64,000 nt of DNA from positions 1 to 64,000 of IMG/VR virus record IMGVR_UViG_3300009682_000003; one strand, 5' to 3'. The first letter of the stretch is position 1; the number at the start of each line of letters is the position of its first letter. A program made the position numbers and the translations under genes. Shown one piece after another: positions 28,644 through 37,720 of this stretch. Below the pieces are notes generated by a model. That model saw only the letters and a list, made by a program, of their open reading frames with translations, was not told where the DNA came from and ran no database searches. Origin of the DNA: a virus. Its lineage: Duplodnaviria > Caudoviricetes.

Positions 28644-29135
28644 TCAGACAGCCGAATTGGGCTCGACCGGCATGTTGATCACGGCCAGAACGTACAGGTT
28701 CGGCGGCGAGAACGTGGAGTACATGCTCGCGTCCTTGACGAATCCGACGAACCGCTTGCCGCCGCTGCCAAACGGGCTGACGTCGAAGGCTGGGTTGCCC
28801 GAGTCGAGCCAGACCGGGTTTCCGTTCACGGGCGACAGGCCGCTTTGGCACCACACGAGGTGCTCTCCGTTGGAGCTGACGGGGCACAGCGCCCCCACGT
28901 CGCAGCCGCCCTTGCGGTCGCACACGCCGATCGCACCCTGCTTCGAGTCGGTGTTGGCGACCATTCCGGCGGTCGTGATCTGCACTGCCTGGCCGTACAT
29001 GAGGCCGAACGGCCCCCCGTTGTACAGCCCGCCCGCCCCGGTGGCGGTGCGGATCGCCTGGCTGATCTTGCGCACCAAGATGTTGAGGTACTGCTCCAGG
29101 TGCTTGTCGGTGTGGCTAAAATTCGCGATGTCCAT
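28644..29135 (-). CDS. Putative vertex/spike-base protein with diverged adaptor N-terminus
   Basis: FSHTDKHLEQYLNILVRKISQAI resembles FRDKHLEDVWHELNRRIEAAF; beta-rich remainder. Confidence 0.55.
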   Translation of the reverse strand: MDIANFSHTDKHLEQYLNILVRKISQAIRTATGAGGLYNGGPFGLMYGQAVQITTAGMVANTDSKQGAIGVCDRKGGCDVGALCPVSSNGEHLVWCQSGLSPVNGNPVWLDSGNPAFDVSPFGSGGKRFVGFVKDASMYSTFSPPNLYVLAVINMPVEPNSAV

Positions 29136-29174
29136 TGCCTATCTCTCCGATGAGGTTGATCTCCAGGCCTACCG

Positions 29175-30071
29175 TCACGCGCGCGCCGGGGCCGTGGGTT
29201 GCAGCCGGGACCGCTCCAGCCGTGCCAGCTCGGTCCTGGTGTCCTTCTTGCGGGTCATCTTCGCGACGACGACGATCCCGAGGATGCCGGCGCCGACGCC
29301 GAGAGCCGCCCACAGGTACGGGCTCTTGTAGATCGGCTCCTTCGCTTCTCCGTTGGTGTAGCCAACCGGCTGCATGCCGGTTCCGGTTCCCGTTCCGGTT
29401 CCCGTTCCGGTTCCGGTTCCCGTGCCGGTCCCAGGCGTCGTGGTGCCGGGTGCCCCGGTCATCTCGATGCGGTCCCACAGCGTGCTGCCCTGCGGCGGGT
29501 CAGGCCACGAGGCGGGGATCTTGAGCTTCGCCCCGTCCCACTGGTTGAACATGCAGGTGACCGTCTCCCCAGCCTTCTGGTAGCTGAAGCCAGCGGGCAT
29601 GTCGTAGTTCGCGCTCTTGAGCTCGTTCCACTTGTTCTGGTTGCCGGTCCAAGCAGCGGCGAGCGCGCCGGGGTACATGCTGTTCGAGGCCGTGTATACG
29701 TACGGCTTGACGTTGGTGATCGCGCTCGGCGTGCACGCGGCCCCAACGGACTGGCCAAGCGCCCCGCGCGACCACGACTCCCTCATGCCGGCAACGCGGC
29801 CCTCGGTGAAGCGCGGAATGACCGGCGCAGGCAGCGAGAACCGCGGCTGCTTCGTCCAGCCGAGCGGCAGGAAGATCGTTTGGCCGTACCGGAAGGCGTT
29901 GTTCGCGAGCGTGAGCACGCGGCCCTGCGGACCCATCACCCACGACTTGGGCAGGTGCGGGTTTGCCAGGACGATCAGCGGCCAGTTGTCCGCATTGCCC
30001 GTGTAGAGCCACGCAATTTTCCGCAGCGTGTCGTTCGGGCGCACGATGTACAGGTTGGGAACGAGAGCCAT
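29175..30071 (-). CDS. Tail-anchored protein with two LysM-like domains and Gly-Thr linker
   Basis: YIVRPNDTLRKIA...WPLIVLANP; second copy ...GAKLKIPASWPDPP; (GT)n; TM then KMTRKK. Confidence 0.8.
   Translation of the reverse strand: MALVPNLYIVRPNDTLRKIAWLYTGNADNWPLIVLANPHLPKSWVMGPQGRVLTLANNAFRYGQTIFLPLGWTKQPRFSLPAPVIPRFTEGRVAGMRESWSRGALGQSVGAACTPSAITNVKPYVYTASNSMYPGALAAAWTGNQNKWNELKSANYDMPAGFSYQKAGETVTCMFNQWDGAKLKIPASWPDPPQGSTLWDRIEMTGAPGTTTPGTGTGTGTGTGTGTGTGTGMQPVGYTNGEAKEPIYKSPYLWAALGVGAGILGIVVVAKMTRKKDTRTELARLERSRLQPTAPARA
29377..29432. repeat. Hexanucleotide repeat encoding (Gly-Thr)n
   Basis: ccggtt/cccgtt array. Confidence 0.9.
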
Positions 30072-30083
30072 TGTCTGGGCCTC

Positions 30084-31463
30084 CTACTTGGCCGCGATTG
30101 CGACCGCTGCGACGACAGCGACGGCGACGACGGTGCCGCCGACGATCCACCACACGGTGTTGTCCTTCTCCTCCTCCTTCGGCTGCTCTGCCGAGGGCGG
30201 AAGGGGGATGTTGTGGTCCTTCGCCCACTGCGGGATGCAAGCGGGGAACGGCGTGCACGGCTGCGGGACGTTCGCGGGCCAGTTGCCCGGCTCCGCGAGG
30301 CACTGGGGCCACGGCGTGCAGTTCCAGTTGGGCACGGGCGACGGCGTCGTCCCGGTCCCGGTTCCCGGCTGCGTCTGGTCCGGGGGCAGCTTCGGGGGCG
30401 TCTCGATGTTTCGGCAGTAGCACGGGTCGACTTGCAGGTCGCACAACGCCTTCTTGAAGAAGTCGACGCCCTTTCCCTCGAAGCAATCGCTGCACGACCA
30501 GATCTCGCGAAGACGACCCGGGTTCGCCGTCGCGCACGCACGCAGCTCCGGGTCTTTGAACACCTCCCAGGCGAACGATCCCCACGGCACCTCGCTCCAC
30601 GCAATTTCAGAGTACGGAGCCGAGGTCCAGTCCACGTTCGCGAAGTCGGGTGCGCCCTCGTTGATGAACATTCCGCCGCCAGGGATTGCGACGGGGGAGA
30701 ACTGAAGCTCGCCCGCTGCGAGCACGCCCTGGCTTACCGCCTGCCGCGGCGCGACCTGTGCGCCAGAGTACAGCGGCGGCTTCGGCACCTTCTGCATGAA
30801 GGCCCAGAACTGCGCCTGGTCCGTGGGGAACTGAGCGGCAATCGCGGCCCACGGCACGTAGCGCCAGGGCACGTCGGCCCACGGGATCGACTGCGCGATC
30901 TGAGGGACCGAACCCGCGGCGCGCGTTGCAAGCACAAACTGGGCTGCGCTCGCAACCATTTTCTGCACGTAGTCGCGCTGCTCCGGGGTCAGCGTGGGCG
31001 CCGCGCCCGTGGGCAGGATAGGCGGCAGCGTCGGAAAGCGATCGTACAGGTACGGCCACCACCCAAGCACCACCTCCGCGACGTAGCCCCAGCTCACGTC
31101 GGCTGGAAGCTGCACGCCGGGAAAGAGCGCTTCGAGTTGCTTGGCGAGGTAGGACGAGAGCGTCACGACCCATTCGTCCTCGTTTGCGCCAACGGCCCCG
31201 CTCGAGCGAGACTTCGCCCAGCTTGCGGGAACCAGCAAGCGCTCACCGTGGTTGAGCTCCGCGAAGGTGCGGAAGCGACGCCGCTCGGGGTCGTGCGCCG
31301 CAAGGCGCTTGCTGAGCATGTTCGCGGCGATCAGCTCAGGGTAGCGCCGCGCGTCGCCCGTGAAGCGCTCCGCGATCTTGCCCACGTCATCGCCGGGCAG
31401 CACGACGGCCCGCCAGGTTGCGACCGCCGGCATTGCCCTCGGGATTCCGTCGTTTGCCCACAT
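30084..31463 (-). CDS. Tail-anchored protein with LysM-like domain, Trp-rich repeats and Cys-Pro-Trp repeat
   Basis: VVLPGDDVGKIAERFTGDARRYPELIAAN...GERLLVPASW; IPWADVPWRYVPW; C-terminal TM. Confidence 0.8.
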   Translation of the reverse strand: MWANDGIPRAMPAVATWRAVVLPGDDVGKIAERFTGDARRYPELIAANMLSKRLAAHDPERRRFRTFAELNHGERLLVPASWAKSRSSGAVGANEDEWVVTLSSYLAKQLEALFPGVQLPADVSWGYVAEVVLGWWPYLYDRFPTLPPILPTGAAPTLTPEQRDYVQKMVASAAQFVLATRAAGSVPQIAQSIPWADVPWRYVPWAAIAAQFPTDQAQFWAFMQKVPKPPLYSGAQVAPRQAVSQGVLAAGELQFSPVAIPGGGMFINEGAPDFANVDWTSAPYSEIAWSEVPWGSFAWEVFKDPELRACATANPGRLREIWSCSDCFEGKGVDFFKKALCDLQVDPCYCRNIETPPKLPPDQTQPGTGTGTTPSPVPNWNCTPWPQCLAEPGNWPANVPQPCTPFPACIPQWAKDHNIPLPPSAEQPKEEEKDNTVWWIVGGTVVAVAVVAAVAIAAK

Positions 31464-31466
31464 GGT

Positions 31467-32339
31467 TCACTGCCCTCCGCAGCCGCAGCTTTCGTAGCTG
31501 AGCATGCCGTCCTCTTCGCCTTCCGCGCTGGCCATCGCCGGGCGAGGCTTGCGCCCGCCGAAGTACACGAGCGCGCCGACGCCGAGCACAAGCCCTCCGA
31601 CCACGAGCGCAGGCACGACGTACGAGGTCTTCTTGGCCGGCTCCTCGTAACCCACGGGCTGCGTGCCTGGCGTGCCTGGCGTCGCGCCGCCAGTGCCGGG
31701 CACGGTGCCGGGCTGCGTCCCGGGCACGGGAAGCTCGCTGCGGGGAACCGCGCCAGTGCAACCTGCCGGCGGCGCGAGCGGGACGAAGGCCGAGCCCTGG
31801 TCGGTGAGCGGCACGGGGACGACGCCCTCGGGCTGCCCCGACGACGGGGCCGTCCACCCGGCGCTGTCGATGCCCGACTGAAAGGCGTTTTGTGCGAGCT
31901 GCTGGATCATCGCGCTGTTGGTCAGCAGGTAGGCGAACAACACGCCGTCGAGGGCCACGACGTTGATGTCGCCCAGGCCCGACTGGATCGCTGCCTGGTA
32001 GGCCTGGAGCCCGAACGCCGCGCTGTTGCAGTCCCAGTTGCCGCTGTACACGTCCGCCGGCACGTAGGGCGCCACGGCCTCGTTGCCCAGGATCGTGGCG
32101 ATCATGTTGTACAGGCTCTGCTTGCACAGGTAGACGGCGTTGTCGCGGCTCGTCTCGACCTTTGCCCAGAACACGCAGTCGCCGTACACGAGCGGCTGGC
32201 GGAACCAGATCGGGAAGGTCACCCGCCCCGGCTTGCTGAGATCGACTTGAAACGCCTGGAACAGCGCCTTCTCGCCCTTGCTGGCGCAGAACGGCGTCCC
32301 GAGCGGCGTCACCTTGATGTCCATGAGGTCAACGGCCAT
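31467..32339 (-). CDS. Tail-anchored membrane protein
   Basis: Pro/Gly/Thr linker then YVVPALVVGGLVLGVGALVYFGGRK. Confidence 0.75.
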   Translation of the reverse strand: MAVDLMDIKVTPLGTPFCASKGEKALFQAFQVDLSKPGRVTFPIWFRQPLVYGDCVFWAKVETSRDNAVYLCKQSLYNMIATILGNEAVAPYVPADVYSGNWDCNSAAFGLQAYQAAIQSGLGDINVVALDGVLFAYLLTNSAMIQQLAQNAFQSGIDSAGWTAPSSGQPEGVVPVPLTDQGSAFVPLAPPAGCTGAVPRSELPVPGTQPGTVPGTGGATPGTPGTQPVGYEEPAKKTSYVVPALVVGGLVLGVGALVYFGGRKPRPAMASAEGEEDGMLSYESCGCGGQ

Positions 32340-32342
32340 GGG

Positions 32343-33161
32343 TCACTCCATCACGTCTACCGTCAGCTCGCCCGCGATGCGCCAGTACCTCGCGCTCTGA
32401 ATGAAGTACACGGCCATTTGCGCGAACTGATCAATGAGGGTTGTCGCTGGGAACAGGTCGCGCGGTAGCGGCGACGGCCTGCTCTCCGGGTTCGTCTGGG
32501 CGACCGACGCCCAGAACGCGATCGTGCCTGGTCCTTCGAGCACCACGCCCAGCGTGGGCGCAGCGCCCGTGAGCGAGGTCCAGGGGAACCGCAGGTCGTT
32601 GAAAGTGCCCCACGGCTGCACGGCTTCGCCTGGTGGCTTGCCCGCGTTGATCGGGATGTACCCAGGCCCGCCGAGCGAGGCGGGCAGTGCTTCGTACAGG
32701 ATCGCTGCGTTCAGGTCGTCCGCTACGCGCGACCATCCGGGGATCTGCCCGGTGCGATCCACGGGCTGCATGCGCGTGCGCGGTTGGAAGGTCAGGTGCC
32801 ACGACACGTTCGCGTCGGGCAGCTTGAAGTGCGGCCCGAGCCTGTGCACGTCGAGCTCCACGGGCACGATCGGCGCGGGCGGCTGCTGGTCGGGAGGAAA
32901 CGGCGCGGCGAGCGTGAGGTACTGTCGCAGGTTCGAGACGCGGAACCTTCCCTGCGGCACCTCGGTCGCCGCCAGGCGCACGAGGTATCGCTGGTCCTGC
33001 GAGGTCGTCGGATCGGGCGGAAGCACGATGCCTAGCGAGCCGCGGTCCCCCACGGCCCACGAGGTTCCGACGAACGACGCCGCCGGGTCGTTGCACCTCG
33101 TCGCGACCACGATCCGTCGAGGCCCGAGGGGCTGCCGATCGGGGACGCAATGGTCGGCCAT
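32343..33161 (-). CDS. Putative minor capsid/penton protein (beta-strand rich)
   Basis: Directly downstream of capsid candidates; soluble, beta-rich; GTGATG coupling; fold inferred. Confidence 0.45.
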   Translation of the reverse strand: MADHCVPDRQPLGPRRIVVATRCNDPAASFVGTSWAVGDRGSLGIVLPPDPTTSQDQRYLVRLAATEVPQGRFRVSNLRQYLTLAAPFPPDQQPPAPIVPVELDVHRLGPHFKLPDANVSWHLTFQPRTRMQPVDRTGQIPGWSRVADDLNAAILYEALPASLGGPGYIPINAGKPPGEAVQPWGTFNDLRFPWTSLTGAAPTLGVVLEGPGTIAFWASVAQTNPESRPSPLPRDLFPATTLIDQFAQMAVYFIQSARYWRIAGELTVDVME

Positions 33162-33799
33162 CACGCCCCCTGGTTGGTCACGTCTTCTGGTGGCAGATAC
33201 CCAAGGCTCCGCAGCCTTGCAACGGCCTCCAGCAACGTGATCTCCGTTAGGCGGCAGCCCATGAGTTCCTGGCAGTGGAAGGTCATGCGGACGATCAGCG
33301 GGATCTCGGTCTGTTCGAGTTGCCGCGTGAGCGTCCAGCGCATCCACGGGGAGCTGTCGCGCGGAAGCACAATGCCCTTGTCGCTCAGCATGCCGTCAGG
33401 CATGGAGTTGCCCGAAGCCGCAAACAGGTTCTCGATCGGCTGGGGCGTGTTGGTGAAGTCCCAGGTGTCGACGCCGTCGATCTTGCCGTACACGTCGATG
33501 TACGGAGTCTCGCGCATTTGCCGATCGAACCAGAACTTCAGCGGGCTTCCGGTTGCGTAGTTCGGGCGCTGGATCGTGTACTGCACGCGCTGCACCCAGG
33601 CGTCCGCGTACAGCCTTGATCGGAAGGCAACCTCGACGAAGTCGTTGACGTTGCCGGTGGTAAACTCGCCTCGCACCTCGTAGCTGTTGGGTCGAAGCGC
33701 AGCGCGGTTCGTCACCAGCACGTAGGCGAGGCGAGGATTGGCGTAGCTGAGCGCGGAGATCTCCGCGGGGGACGCGAGTTGCAGCCTGCTTTCCGTCAT
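33161..33799 (-). CDS. Putative single jelly-roll minor capsid protein
   Basis: 212 aa, beta-rich, first gene after the MCP candidate; fold inferred. Confidence 0.45.
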   Translation of the reverse strand: MTESRLQLASPAEISALSYANPRLAYVLVTNRAALRPNSYEVRGEFTTGNVNDFVEVAFRSRLYADAWVQRVQYTIQRPNYATGSPLKFWFDRQMRETPYIDVYGKIDGVDTWDFTNTPQPIENLFAASGNSMPDGMLSDKGIVLPRDSSPWMRWTLTRQLEQTEIPLIVRMTFHCQELMGCRLTEITLLEAVARLRSLGYLPPEDVTNQGA

Positions 33800-33802
33800 G
33801 TC

Positions 33803-33884
33803 TCGACCTTTCGATCGGCCCGCCGGGGTCGCCCCCGGCGGGGTTCTCCCCCCCCACCTCGCAGGCGCTTACTGATCGCCTGCG
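33803..33884 (-). terminator. Three consecutive hairpins downstream of the MCP candidate
   Basis: 8-bp stem 33860-33884; 10-bp stem with GCGA loop 33819-33842; short stem with GAAA loop around 33803-33816. Confidence 0.7.
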
Positions 33885-33902
33885 GTCACGCGACGGTGTC
33901 GA

Positions 33903-35099
33903 TCAGCCGCCGCAGCCGATGCGGCCCGCGCACAAGGTGTTCAGCACCTCGGTCGTGAGCTTGCCGCTGCCGGCGAGAGCCTGCGCCAGGCTGTTGCACA
34001 CGTTCGGGCTGACCTTGAAGCCCTTGAGCCCGATGCCCAAGCGCAACCGACCAGCGGGAATGCGGGTCTTGGTGCCGCGGGCGGTGCCGGCAATCAGGTT
34101 CTCGTACGTCGGGTAGTTGGCGCCGCTGCCGGCGAAGGGCTCCAGCCCGGTCTGCATCACCGCGGTGCGGATCATGCTGGTGATGTAGTCGAGGTTGCCT
34201 TCGTCGCTGGTGAACTCGATCTTGAGCAGCGTGCCGTTGGTGACCGGAAGCGCGCACGGCAGCTTGTACCAGTACGCGATGTTGGGGTTCGCGCGAAGGC
34301 GACCGAAGCTCACGGGCTCGGGGCCGGGGCGCGTCGGGATGAGGTCGCCTTGCTCCTCGGGGCCGAGCGCCGGTCCCTGCATCGCGTTGGTCGCGACGAA
34401 CCGGCCCACGTCGGGAGCGCCTTCCGTCTCGTCGTTCGCGGCAGCGATGGCGTCCAGCCGGTCGTTGACCTGGCGCTGAATGCGCGCGATGCCGTGGTTG
34501 TTGCGACCGAACCCCTGGTAGTCGATCAGGGCGCAGCAGTTGCCCAGCTCGCTCACGGGCTCTTCGAGGAGCTGCGCGTTGGCGTTCTCGGGGCAGGAGA
34601 GCTTCAGCTTGTAGCCGCGCATGAAGTCCGCAATCGCGTTCCACACCGGGTTGCCGAAGTTGACCTCGGACATTTCGATGCTCGCGCCCTCGGGCAGACC
34701 GAGCTGCGTGGTGTAGATCGCGCCGTTGCGCACGACCTGCGGGCTCGCGAACAGGCCGTCGACTTCGTCGTGCGGAAAAGCCTGAGCGCCTTCGATGTTC
34801 ATGCCCATGCCCTCGCCGTAGGCGTGGACGCAAATCCCGAGCAGAAGGAAGCTGCCCAAGATCTTGAGCGAGTCTTGCGACACCGCGTTGGAGCTTGCGA
34901 ACTTCTTGTTCGACGCGGTGCTCGGGTTCGCGACGAAGATGTTGAGCGGCAGCCTGCCGAGCAGGTCCACGTCGCTCTTTCCGAGCGGCAGCTCGAAGTT
35001 GATCAGGCGGTACTCGACGGTGGGCACGCAGTGCAGCGGCGCTGCAAGGCACGCGTCGAGATCGTCGTAGCACCCAGGAACGATAGTCTTGTCAGCCAT
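33903..35099 (-). CDS. Candidate (double) jelly-roll major capsid protein
   Basis: 398 aa, no TM, alternating beta-strand pattern, GGAG RBS, bracketed by hairpins, central in the structural block; fold not provable by eye. Confidence 0.5.
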   Translation of the reverse strand: MADKTIVPGCYDDLDACLAAPLHCVPTVEYRLINFELPLGKSDVDLLGRLPLNIFVANPSTASNKKFASSNAVSQDSLKILGSFLLLGICVHAYGEGMGMNIEGAQAFPHDEVDGLFASPQVVRNGAIYTTQLGLPEGASIEMSEVNFGNPVWNAIADFMRGYKLKLSCPENANAQLLEEPVSELGNCCALIDYQGFGRNNHGIARIQRQVNDRLDAIAAANDETEGAPDVGRFVATNAMQGPALGPEEQGDLIPTRPGPEPVSFGRLRANPNIAYWYKLPCALPVTNGTLLKIEFTSDEGNLDYITSMIRTAVMQTGLEPFAGSGANYPTYENLIAGTARGTKTRIPAGRLRLGIGLKGFKVSPNVCNSLAQALAGSGKLTTEVLNTLCAGRIGCGG

Positions 35100-35174
35100 G
35101 GTTGTTCTCCGAAAAGGTTGTCGGTCGTCCTGTCAGAAGCCCGCATCGGGCCGTTTGCCCAGGCTCCTGGGCGC

Positions 35175-37286
35175 CTACTTCACCACCATCGACTCGTTGG
35201 TCGCCGGAATGCCTGCCCACATGCGCTTCATGAGGTTCAGGCGGGACAGTTGCAGCTTGCGCGCGGCGTCGACCATGTCGACGATCTCCGCGACGGGTTG
35301 CGCCTCTTCGCCCACGGGTCCGCCCCCGGAGGGCATGTCGGGCTGCATGGGCTCGGCGTAGCCGGGCTGCGCCGCGCCGTTGCCGACCGGCACCTCGTAG
35401 CCGCCATTGCCGGCGGCGCGCTGGGGCCGACCGCTGCGGCAGTCACGCCCGCACTGGCAGTTCACGGACTCGCAGTTGCAGTTGGGGCAGGTTTCCTTGC
35501 CCTTGGTGCCGCACCCGCAGTGCTCGAACCACCCGGGGGCTCCCACCTGGCCGCTGTCCACGCTGCCCTTGGGAGGCTCGCCCACACCAGTGCGCGCGAC
35601 CGGCCCGAAGTCCATTCCACGTCCGCCGAAGCCGGGGACCGGAGGCGGCGGGGCGGGCATCGCCATGGGGCGACCGATCATCCCGGGCCAGCCGGCGGCC
35701 TGACCGTTGCCGCCGTACACGACCTCCTCGGCGCTGGTCGGCGTCGAGGTGGACGGCGGGAGCGCAGGCACGGAGCCCTGCTGCGTCCAGTCCTGCTTGT
35801 CGGCGTACAGCCGGTTCGACCACGTCTTCTCCGCGGGTCCGGTCGCCTTCCAGATCGCCGGCATGATGTGGTCCTGCGTGACCTGGAAGAAGAGCTTGAA
35901 CAGGAAGCCCGCGGCAACGCCGTACATGCCGGCTGCGGCGTACTGCGAGTAGCGCGCGGTGAAGTAGCCGCCGCCGCCGAACACGGCAGCGCCCGCCGCT
36001 TGCGCGAGCATGCGTCCCGCGGAGGCCTTCGTGCGGATCGCCAGCGCGGCCTCGGTGCCGTACTGGGGCTCCTTCGCGTCGGGCTTGGCCATCGTCGCGA
36101 TGGTGCGGTCGACCAACTCTGCGCCGACGACGCCGAACAGGCAGCCGAGGGCCGCGACGCCCATGGTCGTGGCATCCCACTCCACCACCGGGTTTTCCTT
36201 GGGGAACACGCGCTTGATCGAGATCACGGCGTTGCTCTGCGGGGCGAAGTACTTGCCGCTCGGGACCATGCCCTTGGGCGAGCGCTTACCGCGCGTCGTG
36301 GTCGCCTTGGGCTTGGGAGCGCGAGGCGGCTTCGGCGCAGCAGCCGCCGCAGGCGCGGCAGCCGGCGTGCCCATTGCCTGCCAGGCCTTCTCCAGGTTCT
36401 TCATCGCGATCTCGCGGCGCTGTTCCTTCGACAGGCCCTTCTTCGCGGGAGCCTTCTTTTCCGCGACCTCGGATGCCTCGCGTCCGCGGCGAGGCTTGGC
36501 CTTCGCCTTGCCCCTGCTGCGCGTGCCTGCCTTGACGCCGCGCGCGCTCCACGCCTTCTGGAGGTTGCGCATTGCAATTGCGCGGCGCTCGGCCTTGGTG
36601 AGCTTCTTCTTCGCCATGTTCGTGACCCTCGTTGGTTGTGGACTCTCGGCGGCGCGACCAAGCACAGCCGCATGCAACGCACTTGGCGCGTGCGCCGTGA
36701 TTCCAAACCGCGCATACGCCTTCAGAATGTTCTGCCTGATCTTCTCGTACTCGTTGGGCGTGTAGTACCCACGCGGGAACCAAGTGTTGAGAAGCCCCAT
36801 CGCCGCGATTGCGTGTTGGGCGTCGTTGATCGGAAAGCGCCGGTTCTTGGGGTCCGCGAAGGCGCTGTCGGGCAGATCGTCGCGCGCCGCCTTGGTCAGC
36901 TTTTCGTCTGCCTCGCGCGGAGCGATGAGCATGCTGCCTCGCTCGACGACCTCGCCCTTGCGCACCGCCGCGTCTACCACCGCGCGCGCCTCTTCGAGCT
37001 CAAAGCCGGAGTCAACGAGCGCGGCGATGGCGCCCTCGCGGTACATGGCCCCATCCCGAATCGCGCTCATTGCTTCGCCTGCTGGCGCCGTCGCAGCGCC
37101 AACGGGCAGCAAGCTGTCCATCGCGATTGCCCAGTGCTTGCCTTGCACCCCTTGCTGGATCACGCGCTCGTGCATGCTCGACGGCACGTTCGCTCGCGCA
37201 AGAAATCTGCGCGCCGACTCGAGCGTCATCGAGCCTCGCTTGCGGAACTCCGCAACGAGCCGTTTGCGTGCTTCAGCTTCGGTCAT
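35175..37286 (-). CDS. Multidomain basic membrane protein preceding the MCP (DUF6582-like motif, Lys-rich repeats, TMs)
   Basis: DLPDSAFADPKNRRFPINDAQHA; RRAIAMRNLQKAW and RREIAMKNLEKAW; hydrophobic segments; Cys cluster. Confidence 0.75.
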   Translation of the reverse strand: MTEAEARKRLVAEFRKRGSMTLESARRFLARANVPSSMHERVIQQGVQGKHWAIAMDSLLPVGAATAPAGEAMSAIRDGAMYREGAIAALVDSGFELEEARAVVDAAVRKGEVVERGSMLIAPREADEKLTKAARDDLPDSAFADPKNRRFPINDAQHAIAAMGLLNTWFPRGYYTPNEYEKIRQNILKAYARFGITAHAPSALHAAVLGRAAESPQPTRVTNMAKKKLTKAERRAIAMRNLQKAWSARGVKAGTRSRGKAKAKPRRGREASEVAEKKAPAKKGLSKEQRREIAMKNLEKAWQAMGTPAAAPAAAAAPKPPRAPKPKATTTRGKRSPKGMVPSGKYFAPQSNAVISIKRVFPKENPVVEWDATTMGVAALGCLFGVVGAELVDRTIATMAKPDAKEPQYGTEAALAIRTKASAGRMLAQAAGAAVFGGGGYFTARYSQYAAAGMYGVAAGFLFKLFFQVTQDHIMPAIWKATGPAEKTWSNRLYADKQDWTQQGSVPALPPSTSTPTSAEEVVYGGNGQAAGWPGMIGRPMAMPAPPPPVPGFGGRGMDFGPVARTGVGEPPKGSVDSGQVGAPGWFEHCGCGTKGKETCPNCNCESVNCQCGRDCRSGRPQRAAGNGGYEVPVGNGAAQPGYAEPMQPDMPSGGGPVGEEAQPVAEIVDMVDAARKLQLSRLNLMKRMWAGIPATNESMVVK

Positions 37287-37720
37287 GGCCAGACGAAGCC
37301 GCGTTCGTCGACCACGCACCCATCGGGCAACACGAGCATGTAGCCGAGGCCTTGCTCGTGAAAGAAGAACGGACACGGCACACTGAAACGGTGCCTGTAC
37401 CGCCCCTTCCGTTTGCCTCTTCGTGCGTAGTAGAGAACCACGGCATCGTCGAAACGCTGCCAGAGTGGCGAAGGGATTTCAACAGTCGCGCGCGTTAGCT
37501 GTGCTGACTTTCCGAAGTAATTTCGCGCAGCTACAAGCTCACCCTTGCTCAGTCTTGCGCACTCTTGTGCCGCTTTGGTGTACGGGAGCACAAGGAATGT
37601 GCACCTGTCCACAAGCCGTCCCTCAGTGTCGTGCACAAGCCCCCAGTCGTCGGGCAGCTCGATCAGGCCCCCGTCCGCCAGTTCAACGCGAACAAGATCT
37701 CCCTTGACTACGAGAGCCAA
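37283..37720 (-). CDS. hypothetical protein
   Basis: Likely TTG start after GGAGG; ATGA overlap with the next gene. Confidence 0.55.
   Translation of the reverse strand: MALVVKGDLVRVELADGGLIELPDDWGLVHDTEGRLVDRCTFLVLPYTKAAQECARLSKGELVAARNYFGKSAQLTRATVEIPSPLWQRFDDAVVLYYARRGKRKGRYRHRFSVPCPFFFHEQGLGYMLVLPDGCVVDERGFVWP

Noticed and set aside
29199-36100. Very long plus-strand ORFs (e.g. 29199..32468, 34350..37343; also 25720..28521 and 18666..20540)
   Set aside because: Arg/Gly/Ala-rich shadow frames expected at high GC, lying opposite genes with recognisable motifs and coupled starts.
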